From NCBI GenBank assembly GCA_965153355.1, contig OZ231126.1:25172001-25236000 (forward strand): DNA of 64,000 nt, read 5' to 3'. The notes under the pieces are model-generated. The model was not told where the DNA came from and ran no database searches. It was given only the letters and a program-made list of their open reading frames with translations. Every line of letters begins with the position of its first letter. Position 1 is the first letter of the stretch. This document shows positions 29,423 to 44,692 of the stretch, piece by piece. Made by a program: the position numbers and the translations under genes. This stretch comes from Flaccisagitta enflata. Taxonomy: Eukaryota.

Positions 29423-30296
29423 CTCTTTTCTCTTGTTCTTCCTCCCCCCTTGAGGCTAAAAAGTATCATAAGTCATATTTTTCCTTCAGGTAAACATGCA
29501 CCGGCCTTTTAAGGCCACTAAAATCATTCCCCCTCATATGTTGGAACAAAAATTCAGTGAGTAAAAGCGCCGTCACTGATTTCAACGATGTGCCCATTTC
29601 ATACTTTCTAAGATGAGAATATATTTAAAAAAATCGATGTTAATTTGCAGCCACGACACAAAAAATCAGAGTGAGCTCGATGGTCTCGATCGAAAAAGTA
29701 TTGCCTATAACTGGATTCGTTCCAGCGACCCACTACTCATCAGCCGCATAACTTACCTCCAGGCTACGGGAACATCTGATATGTTGCTCGTAGCACATTT
29801 ATAATAAACCAAAAAAATATTACAGTTACTGTAACTCTTGAAATCACCATTCGCCAGAGTGATTTGCTCTCTGAAGAATAACTTCAGACCCAAACCCACG
29901 TTGGCATCAGCGTAATGATGTCAATGCAGAGATATGCAGTTCACACTGAGTACAGCAATCCAGCATAGATATGAATGTGTTACACCCTGCTGTAACGAAC
30001 CCAAGTGTAATGGGAATCCGCCTTTAACGGATATGAAATGTTGGTCCCTTCAAACCATTTCTTCTCATCTATTATAATGGGGTTCAACTGTATTTGCCTC
30101 CCTTTTTGCACCGGCGACTCCTAATCTTCTTCCCCTGGAGGCGCATATCCCAGCATCAAGACTAAAATCCCAGCCGCAAGGCTCAAATCCCTGTACCGCT
30201 GACCACCTAACGCTTTCGCGACTATTTCTTTTTTTCAATCTTTCTTTCTTTCATTTTTTTTCTCTCTTTGAATCTTCTTTCTGTCAATTGATCTGC

Positions 30297-30671
30297 TTTT
30301 TAGTTGCGGACACGCAACTCTATAAGAGGCTTTGTCCGTCCGTCCGTCCGTCCGTCCGTCCGTCCGTTGGTCGGTCCGTGGACACGAGTCGAAAAGTGAG
30401 GAAATCAGCGTTTTAGATGCTTTTTGTGCATGTGAGTGGGGGACTTGTGGTGTGGATTGAGGTTGGATGCCCCTGCCCACCCGTCCGCAACTGATGGCCG
30501 TGTTTGAATCTTCTTTCTGTCCGTGTATCCGGCCTTGTTTAGTTGCGACACGCAACTCTATAAGATCCTTTGTCCGTCCGTCGGTCCGTGAGCACGAGTT
30601 GAAAAGTGGGAAAACACACATATCCGCCCCTGCCCACCTGTCCGCAACTGGTGGCCGTGTATCTGGCCTTG
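30297..30671 (+). mobile_element. Head-to-tail pair of DINE-1-like elements
   Basis: TTTTAGTTGCGGACACGCAACTCTATAAG...(CCGT)n...CCGTGTATCCGGCCTTGTTT joined directly to AGTTGCGACACGCAACTCTATAAG...GGCCGTGTATCTGGCCTTG. Confidence 0.75.
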
Positions 30672-30874
30672 CTCAATTGATCTTTCTTTTTTCTTTCTTC
30701 TGATCTTTCTTTTTTCTTTTTTTTTTTTTCTTTATTCTTTCTTTCTTTCGATCTTACTTTCTTTCTTTTGATCTTTCCATCTTTGCATCTTTCGATATTT
30801 CTTTCTTTCCATCTTTCTTTCTTTCTTTCCATCTTTCATTTTTCTTTCTTTCTATCTTTCTATCTTTCTATCTT

Positions 30875-30936
<62 letters not shown>

Positions 30937-31008
30937 CCTCTTTCTTTCTTTCTTTCTTTCTTTATTCTTTCTCTCTTTCTTTCTTTCTTTCTCTCTTTCT
31001 TTCTTTAT

Positions 31009-31041
<33 letters not shown>

Positions 31042-31223
31042 ATTCTTTCTCTCTTTCTTTCTTTCTTTCTTTCTTTCCTTCTCTCTTTCTTTCTTTCTTT
31101 CTCACTCTCTTTCTTTCTTTCTCTCTCTTTTTTTTTAATCTTTTTTCTTTTCCTCTTTCTTTTTTTCGCTCTCTCTTGCAATCTCGCTCTCTAGTTCTTT
31201 GGCAGCCACAAAGCCAAAAGTGA

Positions 31224-31370
31224 AACAAAGCTGAATACACGGCACCGGCGTCGCGGACGGTTGGGCAGGGGCAGTAAAGTAAAATTCACTCGCAATTCAA
31301 AAGTATTACGGACAAAGAAACCGACAAACCGACACGGCAGGGTGTAGAATCGCGTGTTCGCGACTAAAAA
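31224..31370 (-). mobile_element. DINE-1-like element
   Basis: ACAAAGCTGAATACACGGC...GGGCAGGGGC...TAGAATCGCGTGTTCGCGACTAAAAA. Confidence 0.65.
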
Positions 31371-31859
31371 CCGATGCGTAAACCTTTGAATGCGACTTTG
31401 ATCACTCATGGCTGAAGAATTATACAATGATGAAATAGACTTTTATTTGAATAATTTCATCGTATCTCAAGCCAAGGTTTAGTAACAAATTAGCAGTTGG
31501 CGCGTGCTCCGACTTCAATGACTTGGTATTCTCGGAAATTGATGATTTTTTCTTTCTTCGCTGGACCCTATTTTCCGCTTTTTGCTGTGAGAGAAAATTT
31601 TTGTTTGTTAGGATTGGTCATTATCAAAACATTTTCGCTAATACGACGGGGTACTATACACGTTTGCCACAACTTGCAGGAGTTTTTATGAGGCGCTACA
31701 GTCACAGACAGAGGGATGGATTGAGGGATAGAGGGACAGGTAGAAAGACAGAAAAAGTTGACAAAAGACAAGTAACAAGTAATGACGGGTTACAATATCG
31801 TTGCGGATGGGTGGGCAGGGGCATTTAACCCCATCTACATCCCCTCTAACCACACACAA

Positions 31860-32095
31860 GTGAGTGGAGCACGCCCATGAGCGGAACAATCCCGTAAGCG
31901 GTACGAGCCTGTGAGCGGAGCAAGCCCATGAGCAGAACAATCCCGTAAGCGGTACGAGCCTGTGAGCGGTACGAGCCTGTGAGCGGTATGAGCCTGTGAG
32001 CGGAGCGAGCCCGCGAGTGGAGTGAGACCGCGAGCGAAGCAAGGGCGCGAGTGAAGCGAGGCCGTGAGCGAAGCGAGGCCGTGAGCGAAGCGATC
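31860..32095. repeat. Short GAGCGG/GAGCGAAG-rich tandem repeats, probably TE-internal
   Basis: GAGCGGTACGAGCCTGT units, preceded by the GTTGCGGATGGGTGGGCAGGGGC motif shared with the DINE-like family. Confidence 0.6.
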
Positions 32096-32785
32096 CTTAA
32101 AGTGGAGCAAGCAAGCATAGCAAGTCAAAGTATTTAGGCGTAAGAGAGCTGAGTGTGCGGTGCGAGCGAACGAACGTAACAAGTAACCGAGTGGCCTGGT
32201 AAAAACACGATTTCCATGTGTAGAAACAGGCTGTTTTCTGACCTGACTACTCTTATGTTTGTGAGCCCGCTTGCATGCTAGACTGTTTATAATTCCCTAA
32301 ATCATTTGTAACGGCAGAGACTGCAGAACCAACAAAGCATAGCAGTTGCCTTCAAGCCAAACGGCATTTTCGTCGTGTCTCCTGGGATGAAGTAACCATC
32401 GTCCTCGTTGTCATGCCCACTCTCATATTGCAAAAAATTTCGCGGGACCGGGTTCCGGTCATTTTATCTTTTTACTTTCCCTTATTTTTTTTCTCTGAAC
32501 TTTTTTTTCGTGTGCGCTTGCTGTGGATTTTACATACTTTTTTTAATGACTAAGACGTCCTTTCTATAAGACTTTGTAAAAAGTTTTCCTTAGGCTAAAT
32601 ATATCTAAATCTAAATCTGAATCAATAGAGAAATGACATGACCTGACGGCTGATGCCGTTCCATCCAAACGAACGCGTTTCGAACCGACATTGCGGCCAC
32701 TGTCGCTGTCGACATCGAAACTAAGGATTCAGCACCAGAAGATCTGTTGGACAAGGAAGAATATTCAGAAGCGGAATCTAAGTCT

Positions 32786-33173
<388 letters not shown>

Positions 33174-33328
33174 TTTTCATCACTGTCCCTGCCAGCCCGC
33201 AAAAGACTTGTGTGATTTTTTCCCAGATGTCAAAAGACACCTAAAAGCGGTACTGTTGTCCTACATTCTAATTTGGCTCAATCTCATTCCATTCATGCAA
33301 ATGACGTTCATTCTAACGTCTCTTTGGC

Positions 33329-33582
33329 TTTTTTAGTCGCAAGCTACGCGTTTCTATACCCCACTTTGTCCGTCTGTCTGTCCATCCTTCTGTCCATCCG
33401 TCTGTCCGTCCGTCTGTCCGTCCGTCCATCTGTCTGTCCGTCCGTCCGTCCGTCCTTTGGTGGGTTCGTCTGTTGGTTTTCGAAAGTTTTGAATTCTTTG
33501 CTCCTGCCCAAATGCCCAAGTGACCATCTTCATTACTCCCTTTGCCCACCTGCACGCAATAAGGTTGAATCCGGTCTTGTTT
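33329..33582 (+). mobile_element. DINE-1-like element (diverged)
   Basis: TTTTTAGTCGCAAGCTACGCG..., (GTCC/GTCT)n, CTCCTGCCCAAATG, CCGGTCTTGTT end. Confidence 0.7.
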
Positions 33583-34004
33583 TATTTCAATGTACAGTTG
33601 AACCCCGTTGACTTGAAGGAACCAAAGTTTTACATCCATGGAGGCAGATTTGTGTTATCCTTTGACCCATCAAACCGGCGTGTAACTCTATTATTGTCTT
33701 TCCTGTATACAAAAGAATTTTTAGCGTGATCATTCTCGTCGTCGTCGAAATTGTTATTCTGCCTGTGGATTAAAATGTGATTTGGGGTAACAAAACTGTC
33801 TACTTCCATATATTCTCACTGCGCACCACCTATTAATACGTATTACGTATCATTTAGACATAATGATGGTATTTTGTGCATACCTGTCCACAAATGATGA
33901 TTTCTATTTATTCTGAAATGGAGACTTTCTTGTCATCACCTTCATCGTCATCAAAATGTTATTCCACCTGTGGGAGATTTCATGTTCGTGTGTGTGTGTG
34001 CTTG

Positions 34005-34063
<59 letters not shown>

Positions 34064-34069
34064 GTGTGT

Positions 34070-34173
<104 letters not shown>

Positions 34174-34203
34174 CATACCTCTTGTGTTTCGGTCAGTTTG
34201 TCG

Positions 34204-34266
<63 letters not shown>

Positions 34267-35799
34267 CATACCTCTTGTGTTTCGGTCAGTTTGTCGGTTT
34301 TCCAGACTTTGGACTCTGGATATTTCGATCGTGATACGTCATTGTTCTGTATTGACTTTATCCACATCCAGGGGGGGTGAATTAGAGCAATGACCGGAGA
34401 CAGACTCGCCCCCGGGTAGCCGCCCGTAACAAATGCAAACACAACGTAAGATCAGATAGTGGAAATATTGAAGCGTGATAAATGAGCTTCACAGCAAATA
34501 AAAGTGAATAAATTGCCATTTTGATACAGAAAAAAAAGAATTTCTTCTTAAAGAGTTCGCGATGGAAAGAAACGCAATCCAGTAACGAGGTGATTTTTAC
34601 ATGGCTGGCATATCTCAAGTAGAAAAATGTAAGCTAACATGACAGATCATTCGCAGACTCGCAGTTGCAGCTATAGCCAGGTTATGTGTATTGATCAAGT
34701 AAAGCCATCAAAATTGAAAACGACATTTCTGAACGTATCATGGGAAGACAAACAAAAGTGAAATTTACTAAAAATATTTTGCAGGGCAAGGTTGACTAAA
34801 TTTTTTTACCTTATTTGTATGTCTGAGGGCAATGTAAATCAAAAGCTATCTGGCCCTTGCCCGGGGTAGAAGTCTATGATCGAATTATTTACTCTCTTTT
34901 CCTTAAAGAGTAGGAAGGAGTGGATTTGACCACGGATTTCACTATGGCTGGGCAGGGTCAGGGCAGGGTCATCACTCTAACCTCCATCGTGGCCTTAAAA
35001 GAGATTTATCACGGAGCAACTTTATCCTGTTTTTTTTCCTCCATGTTTATGCAAGCAACAAATTCCTGGGGAATTCTCTCTTTGCCTGTTGTGACGATAT
35101 TCTAAAAAAAAGAAATAACACAATCAAAACAAGGAGACATGACACGACCTCACAAAGAAAAAGGCCCAGATTATTGCCAGAGCCTCTCATGGAATCCCGA
35201 ATCCGGTTTGTAGAAGATCAGACGAATATTTGCAGAATTATCAACTTAAGCATAGTTGATAAATATTGACTTATTGATTATTACAAACCAACTGTTTTTG
35301 GCATCAGGGTTCTTATGCCTGATTTTCAAAGATTCAGAAAAATCATTATGAAAAAATCTTGAAGGTGGGATGAAAGGAGCTCAATTCTGAAGACGAACGA
35401 AAAAAAAAAAGAAATAAGAAGGTATTCATTGCCAATGACCATTGCATTTGAATGGACGAACCAAGTTGATATCATAGGAGCTAAAAGTTACAAGATGAAG
35501 CTATTGTTATAAACACCAAGGTTCTACAATTGTACAACTAGAGGAAGCATGTATCTTATCATTGTAACAAGAATGTAAGACGAAGAGATGATGAACAAAA
35601 TCGAAAAAATATCAATATAGTGATAACATTGGGGGGGGGGGAGAATAGGGAGAAGGAGGAGGAAGGAAAAAGAAGTAAAGTAAGAGAAGGTGAGAGGAGG
35701 CGATCGAAGGTGTATGTACAGTGATGGGCGGAGATTTTCCCCACGAGAGGCGGAGTCAAATGTAGACATGAAATATGGAGGGAAATAAATCAAGACCAC

Positions 35800-35851
<52 letters not shown>

Positions 35852-36517
35852 CCGTGGTTGGCTAGGAGGGAAACAGATCGGCCCACTGGTAGATTGGGGA
35901 TGCTAATGTTACAATTTGCATATCCCGAGTCGATAAGAGAAGACAGTGGGAGGAAATGCTGTCATTTACATATCGTCGATAGAGAAAGGGGGAATGGAGG
36001 CTAAAGGTCGTAAGAATGAGGTCTTGACGGGGAGAATGTACGCTATTTGGGGGAAGGAGGGGGACAGCTGCCGATAGGGGGCTACATTCAGCGCATTATA
36101 CGCGGAGCTAACAGTGATGGGGATAAAATACGACAGTAAGTGTTAACTGATGAAGAAATATATTTATAAAAAAACGAAGAAAACTACAAAACAAGGCCAA
36201 AAATAAATCGATTTTTAGGTGAGCAGGGGCAACGATACGGATTGGAAGAGGCAGTGATCTGTTTGTCCGTCCGCCAGTCTGTCCGTCCATATGTCCATTA
36301 AAAATCGCAGAATATGGCGCTTTTCAGCCGTGACGGGTTACGTATCAAATCAAACGCTTTTTGGTATGCTTTGAGGTCGTTTTAACTGTCTGTCCGTCTA
36401 TGTGTCCTTCCATAAATCTGACGTTTCAATCGCCAAAGTCGATACACGCTAGGACACAGTCAGGATGCCTCGTTGCCCGGTCAAAAGCATAAACACCAAA
36501 CATAGAAATGCGAAACG

Positions 36518-36596
<79 letters not shown>

Positions 36597-36940
36597 CCGT
36601 AAAAACAACTTAGATAAAAAAAGAAAAGAAAACGCTTATCGCGAAAACTACTACATGAAAATGAACAAGAACGACAATAAATAAAATAATCAATAAATCA
36701 TGTTCTACAAAGTAACGACCTCATCACAAAAAAAACACATCCTTGAAATTTTAAAACCGTCAAAGTAAAAACTTAAAAGTCGGACTCTTCACTACCAAAT
36801 TCTCCGCTCTCTTGCAACTATGAAATAGAGAACGGGGTTTTATAGAAGAAAAACGGCGTAACGTGAAAATGAACGATTGCAACCCATTTATTTTTATGTG
36901 CAGCAAATCAAGAGTCCGAACGTGCGCGTGTGAGAAAGAC

Positions 36941-37081
<141 letters not shown>

Positions 37082-38159
37082 TTACAGAGAGGCGCTAATT
37101 CGTGAGATTTTGCATCATTTGAGTCAATTGGAGTCAATTTTTCGACGTCTCTCAAAAGTTGCCACTGTGCAATGTGATGAAGCGTGGGTGGGGGGGGGGG
37201 CGAAATGGAAGATTCATCGAGGCAATCATTGGGGTAAGAGAGCATGGAAAGCAACATGTTTGTAGGTCTTTCCAAGTGTAGTAAGATGAAAAATGAAGAC
37301 CCTAATTATGGAAAATACACACGTTATATTATTGGTCAGGACCAATTAGCATAAATAATAACAAAAATGACATTTACTTTTGTTTCTTCTTTAAACAGTG
37401 TAGATGTTTCAATGGTCAATGGTCATACTTGATTCAAAATTGTTTATATCTGTAAAGACATCTATATTTGTTCAATTTCAAACTTGTTGAAAAAAGGCTA
37501 TTCATTGCGTTGCTATGTCTTCACTCTGTTCATTAGCATTCCTTATGTGCCCTGCATTACCCCGTGTAGTCCTGTCTAGTCTCACCTGCCATGCACTTGC
37601 ATTCCTGACATGCCTGGTATTATCATGCTTTAGCCTGACAAGCCTGGCACGCCCGGCATTTGCATTCCTGGTATGCTTTGCATGACCATGTTTTAGCCTG
37701 CCAAGCCTGGCATGCCCTGCATTTTGGTCTACGCGCGTGTTCTCACGTTTGGGCCGTCAAGAAAGAGCAGGGCAGCGCCTCTCAGGCCGCCGACGAGACT
37801 TTAATGATGTTCCTCGATGGCCGCCCATGAATCACGTCACTGCCTCCACCCCTTGGCGCTAGATGGAGGAGGAGGGGGTGGAAAGAAAGGAGGAGGAGGA
37901 AAAGGAAAAGGAGGAGGGGAAGAGGAGGAAGGAAAAGGAGGAAGGAAAAAGGAGGAAGGAAAAGGAAAGAGAGGACTGAGAGAAGGATGAGATTAGGAGG
38001 AAGATGAGGCAGAAGGTCAAGGACTGGAAAGTGGAAAAGTCATCACGAGAGGGAGAAAACGACCGACGTCGTTTGCCCTGGATTTTTGTCACCTGTTTGA
38101 AGATCTTCTAACCTTCTTTTCTGATAAAACCTGCGTCTCCTCTTTTTTTTCCCCTTTTT

Positions 38160-38341
38160 CTTCACGTGCACTCAACAATCTATTATGTCAGTTGGTCCGT
38201 CTGTAGGTTGGTCCATCTTTCAGTCTCACTTATGTTTTTTTCGGCGTTAATGGTCGGTTTTTGCATTACTGCTCCTGCTCAAATACTTGGTCAGCTTATT
38301 TCATCGTTGCGGCTTGGGTAGCCGTGTACACAGCCTTGTTT
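38160..38341 (+). mobile_element. DINE-1-like element (diverged)
   Basis: CATTACTGCTCCTGC.CAAAT and GGGTAGCCGTGTACACAGCCTTGTT 3' end. Confidence 0.55.
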
Positions 38342-38387
38342 TTTTTCTTTTTGTAACTCGTTATTGTTGGCTCGCCTGTATTCCAAC

Positions 38388-38524
38388 GGAGGCCCAATTT
38401 TGGCAATCTTTTGTTCTTTTATTCAAATTGATGGAGGCCCAATTTTGGCAATTTTTTGTTCTTTTATTCAAATTGATGGAGGCCCAATTTTGGCAATTTT
38501 TTGTTCTTTTATTCAAATTGATGG
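38388..38524. repeat. 45-bp tandem repeat x3
   Basis: GGAGGCCCAATTTTGGCAATTTTTTGTTCTTTTATTCAAATTGAT, three near-identical copies. Confidence 0.9.
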
Positions 38525-38994
38525 CGCGGTTTTCTCAAAACTTTTTGTATGGACTGGCATAAATAAGTTGCCATTGGGACCATCACTAATGAGTTAATTT
38601 GAGATATCTTGTAAATCAAGGCAAGACAGTTCAATGCATTTGGGTGGCTATCTTGTGTAACTTCCATGTCGCCTGAGTCAAAGTCATCCTACCAATTTCA
38701 TCACATCACCCGGCTGCCATGGCGCTGACTCCATCTAAAGAGATGCGCACGACACATTTTTAAGAAATTTGGTAACCACAGTGAATTCGTGATGAAATTG
38801 GGGCACGAGGTTATTTGCCAGCAGTAGATGAGGCAGTTGTGGCACTTTCTTCACTCTCTTCCAAAGACAGAAAAGAATAAAAAAAAGATTCTTTCAGATT
38901 GAGAACGAAATCTCGTGGGAAAGTCGTAAAATTTATTTCAAAAAGACTTTGGAAATATGGGAGAGATGGTTCAACAACTTGAATTCGCCTCCAA

Positions 38995-39086
<92 letters not shown>

Positions 39087-40145
39087 ACGGCGCCATTATT
39101 TAACAGAGAAAGATATTAGCGTCGTTTTCGTTTGAAATCACGTTTTTAACGACTGCACTTTTCTTTGCCTTTCTCCCCAATGTCTGTCTTCTTTTCAAAA
39201 TTTAAGAGGGCGAGAAAAGGCAAAAAAACTTTTGGTCATTGCTCATTTATGAAATATTGACTCAGACTCAATTCCATTAATGAAACTCAACTTCACCGAT
39301 ATTTCGGTGGGGCGGATTGAACAGAGTCGACTTGGTGTTAAAAACTCTATGTTAAACGTCGGAAGTTAAATAGAAAAAGAAATGACTGCATCATTTAATC
39401 AAATTCTCTTTGATAGACGTCTTTTTTTCCGCGCTTCTGTTGCAATTTTGGGAGGGTCAGGTCGCCCTCTAACTTGGGATCTTTTTCATCAATTTTTTTT
39501 CTTTGCTGAAGATAAGCTGATACACTACTACTCCGACAGTTTATCTGATGATAAGTTCATTCGCTGACTTCGTTGTATTGCCACATGATTGGATTACCAC
39601 AACAACCACCGCCCAGCTCCATTATCCTTGTTTCCACCGTGAATCTTTCAGCCTGTACAGTTAAATAGTACAGGTTCAAACAAGTTTAAGCGTGGTGAGT
39701 TTTTTTTTCTTGTTTTTTTTTTTGGCCACTGTTCTTTTTGCCTCTCGTGAGTCAGTTAGTCGGTCCGTCGGTACGTCAGTGACTATAATGCATCTTCAGT
39801 CACCACGTGTTAGCCATTAGGTCCTTTACTTCTTGTGGCTGCCGAAGAGGTTAGGGTAAGTGAGGTGGAGAGAAAGTATGGGTTATATGTTGAGGCTATG
39901 TGTTGATGTTGTTAATGACATAATGCGTTTGTACCCTCTCAGTCCGCCTCTTCATCCTTCTCATCCTCCTCATCTTACTACTCATCCTCCTCATTCCACG
40001 TCTGTGCTTTCCACGACTTTCCTAAAGGCGCTCGTTTCCGTGTCATATTTGAGTATTACCGTCCTCGGGCCATTTTTAGCGTTACTTATTTTCTTTTCCT
40101 TCTTCTCCTTCTTCTTCTTCTTCTTCTTCTTCTTCTTCTTCTTCT

Positions 40146-40178
<33 letters not shown>

Positions 40179-40415
40179 GCTTCCTCTTCTTCTTCTTCTT
40201 CTTCTTCTTCTTCTTCTTCTTCTTCTTCTTCTTCTTCTTCTTCTTCTTCTTCTTCTTCTTCTTCTTCTTCTTCTTCTTCCTATTTCCTTTTCATCTTTCT
40301 TATCATCCTCTCCTTCTTCCTCTTTTACTCTATTACATACTTTTCTTTAAAACTGCCTTTTCTTCTCTTTCTTTTTCATCTTCCTTTCCCTCTTCCTCTT
40401 CTACTCCAATACATA

Positions 40416-41065
40416 ATGGGTGGTCAAAAAAAAAGTGACTAAGCTAGAATTTTTTTAAGGTTTTTTTAAGGTTGAAATTTTTTTTATGAGTCAATATTTT
40501 AAAAATGAAACAAAACGTATGAAAAAATTTATTTTTTTTAGTTTTGTAAAACAGATAATTATATAAATACAAAAAAATAAAATGTTTGCATAAATCAGTT
40601 ATAACATAGATAATCAGTGGTTTTTAAGAAACAAATATGTTTATTAGGTCCTGTCTGAAATAAATACAATTATTTATAAGACTCCAAGCTTTTGTTCAAG
40701 AGATTTGAGTAGAAAAGAAATAAATGTTTTTTAGAAGTATCTTTTGTTTTGATATATGTTTGTATTCTTATAATTTTTCTTAGATTTTTATTTAGTTTTT
40801 GAGTCGTCCTTACATATAGATAGTGAATCTATAAAAAGATTTTAATTCTTTTTAAGAAAATTTTTGGTAAAAATCAAAGCGGTCCAAAATTAAAATCAGT
40901 TTATTGTAAATGATTTGAAATGTACAAAAAATGTACAAAAATTATAATAATGAAAAAAATTCTCCTGCACCATATCTTATTAGCAAAAAAAAAATTTTTA
41001 CCCTAAATATTTTTTTACAAAAGATATGAGAAAATGAAAAAGTCACTTTTTTTTTGACCACCCGT
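40416..41065. mobile_element. mariner/Tc1-like MITE, TA TSD
   Basis: TA|ATGGGTGGTCAAAAAAAAAGTGACT ... AGTCACTTTTTTTTTGACCACCCGT|TA; very AT-rich interior. Confidence 0.85.
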
Positions 41066-41721
41066 TACTTTTCTTGAAATCTTCATTTTCTTCATCTTCT
41101 CTTTCCTTTCCTTCTTCTTCTGCCGCGTCATGAACCGCCTCCTTGAAGACGCACGTCCGCACTCCACAGCGTAAATGGTCGGCATTTCTCCATTTTTCAC
41201 CGCGACGTGGGTCTGTTACGCCATCTAGGCCCGGCCCGGGCCACTGCCTTACTTGAGGGGGTAATAAGTTGCGCATTTGTTGGATTTTTGCTGCGAGTTG
41301 TTTTTTTTTCTTCCCGGCGAGTGTATTTGAAAAAAAAAAACCCTTTCATATTAGTAATGCCTAATGGGGAACGATTCAAAAGTTTTTGTTGGGTGTGAAG
41401 ATTGATGCATATACGCAACTACGTTTGTCTGTGCGTTGGTCTGTGTCCATAGTATTCTTTGAAAAACTGGTGGTTTTTCATTTTTTTTAGTTTTTTTATC
41501 GCTGCCTTATCAAACATGTCACGATTGCGGTACAAGCCGACTATCTCAGGCCATAATTTTACTAGTTAAACGCCTAACCTCTACGTCGCTATCCAGTATC
41601 CTCACCAAATGCCAAGTCAGTTTATGTTATCTGATTAAATGCTGATTATAGGCTTTTATTTATTCATTTTTTTTTTTTGATGGTCTCCGTGTTGATCACC
41701 TCAATGAAAGTTTTTCAGTGT

Positions 41722-41898
41722 AACAAGGCCGGATACACGGCTACCCCAGTTGCGTGCGGGTGGGCAGGGGCCGTATTTGAGGTTACTTCATCATTTGGGC
41801 AGGAGCAGTCAGGCCAAAAACCAGAAAAAAGACGGACCGATGGACTGATGGACGGACCGACAAAGCAGGTTGTAGAGTCGCGTGCACGCGACTAAAAA
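41722..41898 (-). mobile_element. Family A DINE-1-like element
   Basis: AACAAGGCCGGATACACGGCTACCCCAGTTGCGTGC ... TAGAGTCGCGTGCACGCGACTAAAAA. Confidence 0.8.
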
Positions 41899-42390
41899 GT
41901 CAATGGGACTACTCCCTGAAAATGCATCGTTGTTCTGTATGGGCTTTTTCCCAATCAACTTGGCGCCGCCGCCGTCAACTAATTCGATCGTAATCATCGC
42001 TCAATTTCCGTCGCATTTCATGACACTTTTCCATTCCACATTCGCCTCCTCCTCCTCCTCTTCCATACCCTCGTCATCCTAAGGCAGCAGGCCTTTCTCT
42101 ATTATCCTTTCCTTTTTTCCTCAGAATGTAAGAGACTGAATCGATGACAAAACCGTTAAAGAAATGACTTTCTACTCCCAAAAGTCTTTTTCTTCTCCGC
42201 CGTCAGTCTATTAAGCCATATGAGTTGTCTGGTCCATGAGACTTACATATGCCAAGGCAGTCGTCCGCGCCACCGCGTGATAACTTACTTTACTTACTTC
42301 CACTGTCCGACTGACTTTGACTTGCTTTATGTCTATCCCTTTGACAACTGTCTGTCTTTTTGTGACTGTGTGCATAATTATATATACATA

Positions 42391-42534
<144 letters not shown>

Positions 42535-42839
42535 CGCTCTCTCTCTCTCTGTCTTTCCCTCCCGTAGCGTCGTAATGACCTGCCTTATGTAACGAGAGAA
42601 AGATTATTATTGTTGTGATACCTTACGTAATGATCCATCGACGGGAGTAGTCGGGTTGTTCCTTCGCAGTTCACTCTATCTCAAACCTTTCAAGAGTTCA
42701 TTTGTGTTTTATCGCCCAAGAATTATTGTTCTCTCCTTTTATGGTTATGGCCTGACATTTATCTCCGTTCCGAGGCTCCTTTCCGCCGCTCTCTCTCTCT
42801 CTCTCTTTCCTTCTCTCTCTTTCCCGCGACAGTTGCGCG

Positions 42840-43080
42840 ATTTCGCAAATAGATGGCAGCACGCGTTTCTCATCTCGGCTGTTGCGCGCCTTGAGTTGGA
42901 CGTTCGATGGATGAGATTCTCGTATTCGCCGCACGGAGACGCTCTCAGCCAATCAAACGCCGAGTTTTGAGAGTCGACCAATAAGAGGCGAGAAATGAGA
43001 CTCAGGAAGAGGAGGAGCCTCGAGCTCGACTCAACATATCATTCAAATCCACGCAGCCATCCATCTTAGTTGTTCAGCAC
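42840..43080 (+). promoter_or_regulatory. Candidate distal promoter/regulatory island
   Basis: CpG-rich; two CCAAT boxes (42949, 42978); AGATGGCAGCA at 42851; Inr-like TCATTC and TTAGTT at 43039-43071; flanked by (TG)n and (CT)n. Confidence 0.35.
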
Positions 43081-43111
43081 GCATACAACATACGAAAGGG
43101 CGGCGGATCCT

Positions 43112-43202
<91 letters not shown>

Positions 43203-43498
43203 CTCCTCTCTTCCTTCTCTCGCTTTCTCTGTCTCTGGTTCTCTTTCTCTTTCGTTCAAGCTAGAGCAAGAATCGAAGAGATACTGAATCTGACTGAATG
43301 CCAATGAAAACAACTAGTATGACGCAGAGAAGAAAAACGCCGGTGCCGTTTCGATGAAAAATTACCATTTAAAAAAACAATGGAATTAACAAAGTTTTTG
43401 TTTTGATCCTCATTTTAGAGAAAACAAAAGACTAATGCCAACTTCGCCATCGAACGGGAGCCAAAACGAACAAAACGACAACTGCTGATCTAACGGAA

Positions 43499-43600
<102 letters not shown>

Positions 43601-43749
43601 CACAAGCCATTTAGACGAGCACATTAAATAAATCACTCAGTCTCTACCTTATTCTTTTCTCACAAGAGAGGAACTGGTTTAAACGACAGCAGCTTATGTT
43701 CATTCTGATTTTCAGTCGATCAGAGACATAAATCTGTGTCTCTTTTACC

Positions 43750-43863
<114 letters not shown>

Positions 43864-44354
43864 TCTATCTTTTCAACTATAGGACTTGTTGTACCACTAC
43901 ATAATGCCTCTCCAAAAGTGCGCGGAATTTTCAACGTGAATGGATGGGTGGGATGTGTGTAATAGCATATTCCTCTGTCACAGGGGCAGAGAAATCCTAG
44001 ACCCTCATAATCCCCATCAACGGCCCCCCTAGGGCTGACCACTATCACCAGGCCCCCACCTCGCAGTGGTCACACCAACCTATGTTTATACCTGGTTTCC
44101 TTGAACCGTACATATGATTTACTGCTCTATCCTTCCGCGCGCTTTTCCTTGTCATCGAGTTTGGAATACTGGTTAAAGCATCTGGATAACCGGAGGTGTC
44201 CATCCGTCCGTTGGTTGGTCGGTTAGTCGCTCAAGCAAATGTTCAATGTTCCACCCGGCGCAACTATTGGCATTCTCGGCCTTGTTTTTTGTGCGATCTT
44301 TTTGATTCAAGCTTCCCATCTTTTGTGACCCCCCCCCAAAAAAAATAAAAACGA

Positions 44355-44521
44355 ACTAAAGCGGGATACACGGCTACCCCAGTTATGTTGCGTGTGGGTG
44401 GGCAGGGGCTGTATTTGAGGTCAAAAGAGCATTTGGGCATCAAGAACATAAAAGAAAGTAAAATATGACGGACGGACCAACAAATAGACGGACAAAGTGG
44501 GGTCTATAGTCGTGACTAAAA
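44355..44521 (-). mobile_element. Family A DINE-1-like element
   Basis: GGATACACGGCTACCCCAG...GGGTGGGCAGGGGC...GTGACTAAA. Confidence 0.65.
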
Positions 44522-44692
44522 CCAAACAAACTTTTTTTCACCTTTACTATATCAGTCTGTAATAAGGACTGATTAGGTCGTCATCGTTTTTATGTGAATC
44601 ACCAAATGTATGAGAGGGTGCCTGTCGGTCGGTTGTTGGTCACGCAGACGCAAACCATGACAAATAGTCTATTTCAGATAAAATCCTCAATA

